Shown: one piece after another, positions 61,130 to 64,000 of the stretch | How the letters are laid out: each line of letters starts with the position of its first letter | Position numbering within the stretch: position 1 is the first letter of the stretch | Assembly (NCBI GenBank): GCA_965218695.1 | Contig: OZ244651.1 | Location: forward strand, 2,336,001-2,400,000 | Origin: Nitrosopumilus sp. | Lineage (GTDB): Archaea; Thermoproteota; Nitrososphaeria; Nitrososphaerales; Nitrosopumilaceae | Direction: 5' to 3' | DNA: 64,000 nt | Translations under genes and position numbers: made by a program | The notes under the pieces: model-generated | What the model saw: the letters and a program-made list of their open reading frames with translations, nothing else | Database searches by the model: none | What the model was told of the DNA's origin: nothing

Positions 61130-62563
61130 CTACTTTGTCGGATCCGCGATCTTCCCCATGAAGAGTATCGCGCCGCTCTCGTTGTCCTGTATGAAGAACA
61201 GGAACGGGTGGTCTGCCACGAACGATGGGGGTGGGGGCGGTGCGGATGCTGTAGCTACGACTACCGTGGTGACTGCCGCAGCTTCGGTGCCCTCTTCGTT
61301 GACTTTCAGGTACCCGTCGTGCAGCACGGAGCTTACAAATGCCTTGGGGGAGATATCTGGCAGTGAGCCGACATCAAAAATCTCGGTGGCTCCAAGATCC
61401 TTCAGGGGCCCGTTGAGGGAATATTTGGTGCGTGTCTCGAACTTTGGAAACTCAACTTCGACGTTCGTGTGGCGTAACGCGCCTTCCCATTCCTCCAAAA
61501 GGCTGGCCGACAGGCGTTCCTCCAAGGCGTCGATTCCGTCGCGCTCGCGCGGCAGTGCCACCAGCATCGACAGCCGGTCGCCCTCGTACGGCATGCGGAG
61601 CACCTGTTCGCTGCCGACATTCGCATATTCGAATCCCCCGTATACGGACATCGTGTCTGCCGTTACGGTTCCGCTGCCCGTGTAAAAGTCACCAGGCCTG
61701 GTATCATCGGAGTCGAACTGCACCACCCACGTTCCCTTGAAGTATATCGCGTTTGTGAGGATCATTATGGTGTCAGGCCCCAGATCTTCCAGGATTTTTT
61801 TTATTTTTCCGTTTGTGTTGTCAGAGGCCCACTTGTTTATCTGTTCGACGTCGTTTACCGGCGACACGTCTGCACGGTAGACGTCGCGGATCGTCTCAAC
61901 GTACTCGCGGCTGGGTTCGCCGGAGACTAGCCACAGCGCGTTTGCCATGGACAGCTCCGCGTGCGGATCCTCGCGGTTCAGCGAGGACAGCGCGCGGGCG
62001 GTGTCTTCGTAGCGCGCCTGCAAGTCGGGATCGAAGCCAAACGCGTCATGCAGCTGCTCTGCTGCAGAAGGGCTGGTCGCCTCGTACAGCATGGACACTG
62101 CCATGTATATGCTGAGAGGGGAGAAGAACGCGTTGCTGCCATCGGGCAGCTGCCTGTACATGTCGATCGCAAATGCGTTGTTGGCAGAAGACACCTTGCT
62201 TGGTATTGCAGACGGCTCTCCGTCAAGTATCGTAACTGCAATTGAGGCGGCAGCGGCTCTTTCAGCCTGCGTCTCGGACGTGGGATCTTCGGGATGTCCT
62301 GCGGGTGCCGCACCAAGTGGTATAAATCCCCTGGCCTCCAAGTCCCCCACCGATGATGCAAAGACGCACGCAGGCGACCCGGACGGCGTTGCCATCAGCA
62401 CGCGACTGTCTGAGCACATGATTTCAGTGAATGGCACACCATCGCGCACCTGCTGGAGGGGCGGCTTTGCGTCGGCCTGCGCAAAAGCCACATCACCAAA
62501 CAGCAGAATCATTGCGACAATCAGGGAGCCAAACAGGACTGTCTTGAACGCTTTTGGTACCAT
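61130..62563 (-). CDS. Secreted serpin (serine protease inhibitor)
   Basis: FFSPLSI, INKWASDNTNGKI, NAIYFKGTW, hinge EEGTEAAAVT and FVADHPFLFFI...LFMGKI. Confidence 0.95.
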   Translation of the reverse strand: MVPKAFKTVLFGSLIVAMILLFGDVAFAQADAKPPLQQVRDGVPFTEIMCSDSRVLMATPSGSPACVFASSVGDLEARGFIPLGAAPAGHPEDPTSETQAERAAAASIAVTILDGEPSAIPSKVSSANNAFAIDMYRQLPDGSNAFFSPLSIYMAVSMLYEATSPSAAEQLHDAFGFDPDLQARYEDTARALSSLNREDPHAELSMANALWLVSGEPSREYVETIRDVYRADVSPVNDVEQINKWASDNTNGKIKKILEDLGPDTIMILTNAIYFKGTWVVQFDSDDTRPGDFYTGSGTVTADTMSVYGGFEYANVGSEQVLRMPYEGDRLSMLVALPRERDGIDALEERLSASLLEEWEGALRHTNVEVEFPKFETRTKYSLNGPLKDLGATEIFDVGSLPDISPKAFVSSVLHDGYLKVNEEGTEAAAVTTVVVATASAPPPPPSFVADHPFLFFIQDNESGAILFMGKIADPTK

Positions 62564-63929
62564 ACCAAATAGCAAGTCATTGGGGCTATAACGTTTGATG
62601 AAAGGCGTTTTTTACCAAAAATCCCATGCTCGTAAGGAATTTGTCAATGTGGCGCCCGTCACAGGACAATGGCCATGATCGCCATGTGAAACAAGCGCGA
62701 ATCAGTCATCAGTCAAGTCCTCTCATGTATATGGCATACGCGTATTCGCCGGTCCACCCATCGACGATTATTCGTGGAATATTAGAATGGCCCGCAGCAT
62801 ATTCGTAGTCGCAATAACCTGGGCTCACAACATAGGCAGGGACTCCAAAGATTACTTTGATGCTTGCCCGTTTGGAGAGATCCGCGCCCCCAACATCGGC
62901 CAGCGTGTACTCGCAGTCGCCGCCTTCCTCTGCGGGACGATTCAGATCTGGATCCATGCCTGCATATTTACTGGCAGCTTCGTACGCCCCCGTCCGGCTC
63001 AGGGTAGGAACGACCAGTTCCGGATCGTTGGTCCACCCCCCAAAAATGATCATCAGCTGGACGTATCCGGAGACGTCAAAGTCAGGAATCTGGGCTGCCA
63101 GTGTTGCTGCGGATCCCGGGACATGTTTGGTCAATACCATCGGAACATTCTCTGCATGATAGTCGGCAAAAAGGAACCGTACGTAACTATGCTCTTCAAG
63201 GATAGTGTAGGAACGAGCGTCGTAGTAAGAAAGTCTAAAGTCGGATTGCTCAAAGGCCTCCCTGTCGTATTCAAAACCCATCTCATCCATGAAATGCTTG
63301 ACGAACTCCTTTTCGGCCGCGTAATCGTCGCGTCCTATGTCGGTCCTCAGCGTGTAGTCTGCCTCGTTGTCAAGATAGAGTTGGGATGTAATGGTGTGAT
63401 CCCGCAGGCGGATCTTGCCTTGCTCCGTCTCGAACACAGTCCCGAAGCCGTTGACTGTGTCCTTGTTCAGCACGGCGTCTCCGGTGGCCTCTGCCAGGCG
63501 CGACGCGAACCCGTCCGTGTCTATGATAGGCACCCAGTAGCCTGAGGGATTCTGGATCGTCTCCAGGCTCCAGTGCGGGGAGCCGGGGTCAAGCGCCATC
63601 CAAGTGGCATGCTTGTCCACCACGCGCGCAAACCCCCTGTCTTGCAGGATTTCCACGGATGCAGGAAACACGCACGCAGGCGATCCTGATGGTGATGCCA
63701 TCAGCACGCGGCCATCAGAGCACATGATCTCGTTTAACGGCACCCCGTCGCGCGCCTGCTGGAGGGGGGACGGCTTTGCGTCAGCCTGCGCAAAATCCAC
63801 GTTACCAAACAGGAAAATTACTGCGGCAGCCAGGGAACCAAACAGGACTGTCTTTGATGCCATTACCAAATAGCAGGGAATTGAGACTATAACGTTTGAT
63901 GAAAGGCGTTTTTTAGCAAAAATCCCATG
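62349..63929 (-). repeat. Duplicated promoter + signal peptide + Cys-module cassette (about 62349-62628 and about 63650-63929)
   Basis: 29 identical upstream nt (ctataacgtttgatgaaaggcgtttttta at 62586 and 63887), then closely similar coding sequence. Confidence 0.88.
62709..63863 (-). CDS. Secreted hypothetical protein with the shared N-terminal cassette
   Basis: Signal peptide and Cys module near-identical to the serpin N-terminus; unrelated C-terminal domain; start ATG 63863. Confidence 0.78.
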   Translation of the reverse strand: MASKTVLFGSLAAAVIFLFGNVDFAQADAKPSPLQQARDGVPLNEIMCSDGRVLMASPSGSPACVFPASVEILQDRGFARVVDKHATWMALDPGSPHWSLETIQNPSGYWVPIIDTDGFASRLAEATGDAVLNKDTVNGFGTVFETEQGKIRLRDHTITSQLYLDNEADYTLRTDIGRDDYAAEKEFVKHFMDEMGFEYDREAFEQSDFRLSYYDARSYTILEEHSYVRFLFADYHAENVPMVLTKHVPGSAATLAAQIPDFDVSGYVQLMIIFGGWTNDPELVVPTLSRTGAYEAASKYAGMDPDLNRPAEEGGDCEYTLADVGGADLSKRASIKVIFGVPAYVVSPGYCDYEYAAGHSNIPRIIVDGWTGEYAYAIYMRGLD

Positions 63930-64000
63930 TCGGTTTGCCGCAGTTCCACGTTCGGGGCTGCTGCGCGGACGCTGCAAAATTCAGTTCATGGGACCGCCCA

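Overview
The window looks like chromosome from an ammonia-oxidising archaeon (Nitrososphaerota, Nitrosopumilaceae-like). It carries a core backbone of ESCRT-III-like/cdvC, a TrmB regulator, citrate synthase, uvrBAC, an Fe-ADH resembling the 3HP/4HB-cycle malonic semialdehyde reductase, pepF, ppa and tRNA-Thr. The heavy IS load, serpin, DUF285/BspA and CTERM-anchored surface proteins suggest a host-associated lineage, possibly a sponge symbiont (inference). The left ~7 kb is an accessory block with a divergent cyanase, an FNT anion channel missed by the ORF track, a CLC channel and a ParB-like gene. About a quarter of the window is insertion sequence (IS630, IS5-type, ISH3, IS66), and most ends and target duplications can be read directly. 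The most unusual object is at 50415-54994. It is a tnpB-only element bounded by 52-bp terminal inverted repeats (GGTTCTGTTAAC...) and a perfect 8-bp target-site duplication, which is DDE/IS6-like architecture rather than IS200/IS605 or IS607. A structured omega-RNA-like region overlaps its right TIR, and two further ISs are nested inside it. The right end of the window holds secreted-protein genes that share a duplicated promoter, signal-peptide and Cys-module cassette fused to unrelated cargo domains. All family assignments come from motif recognition by eye; no database search was run.
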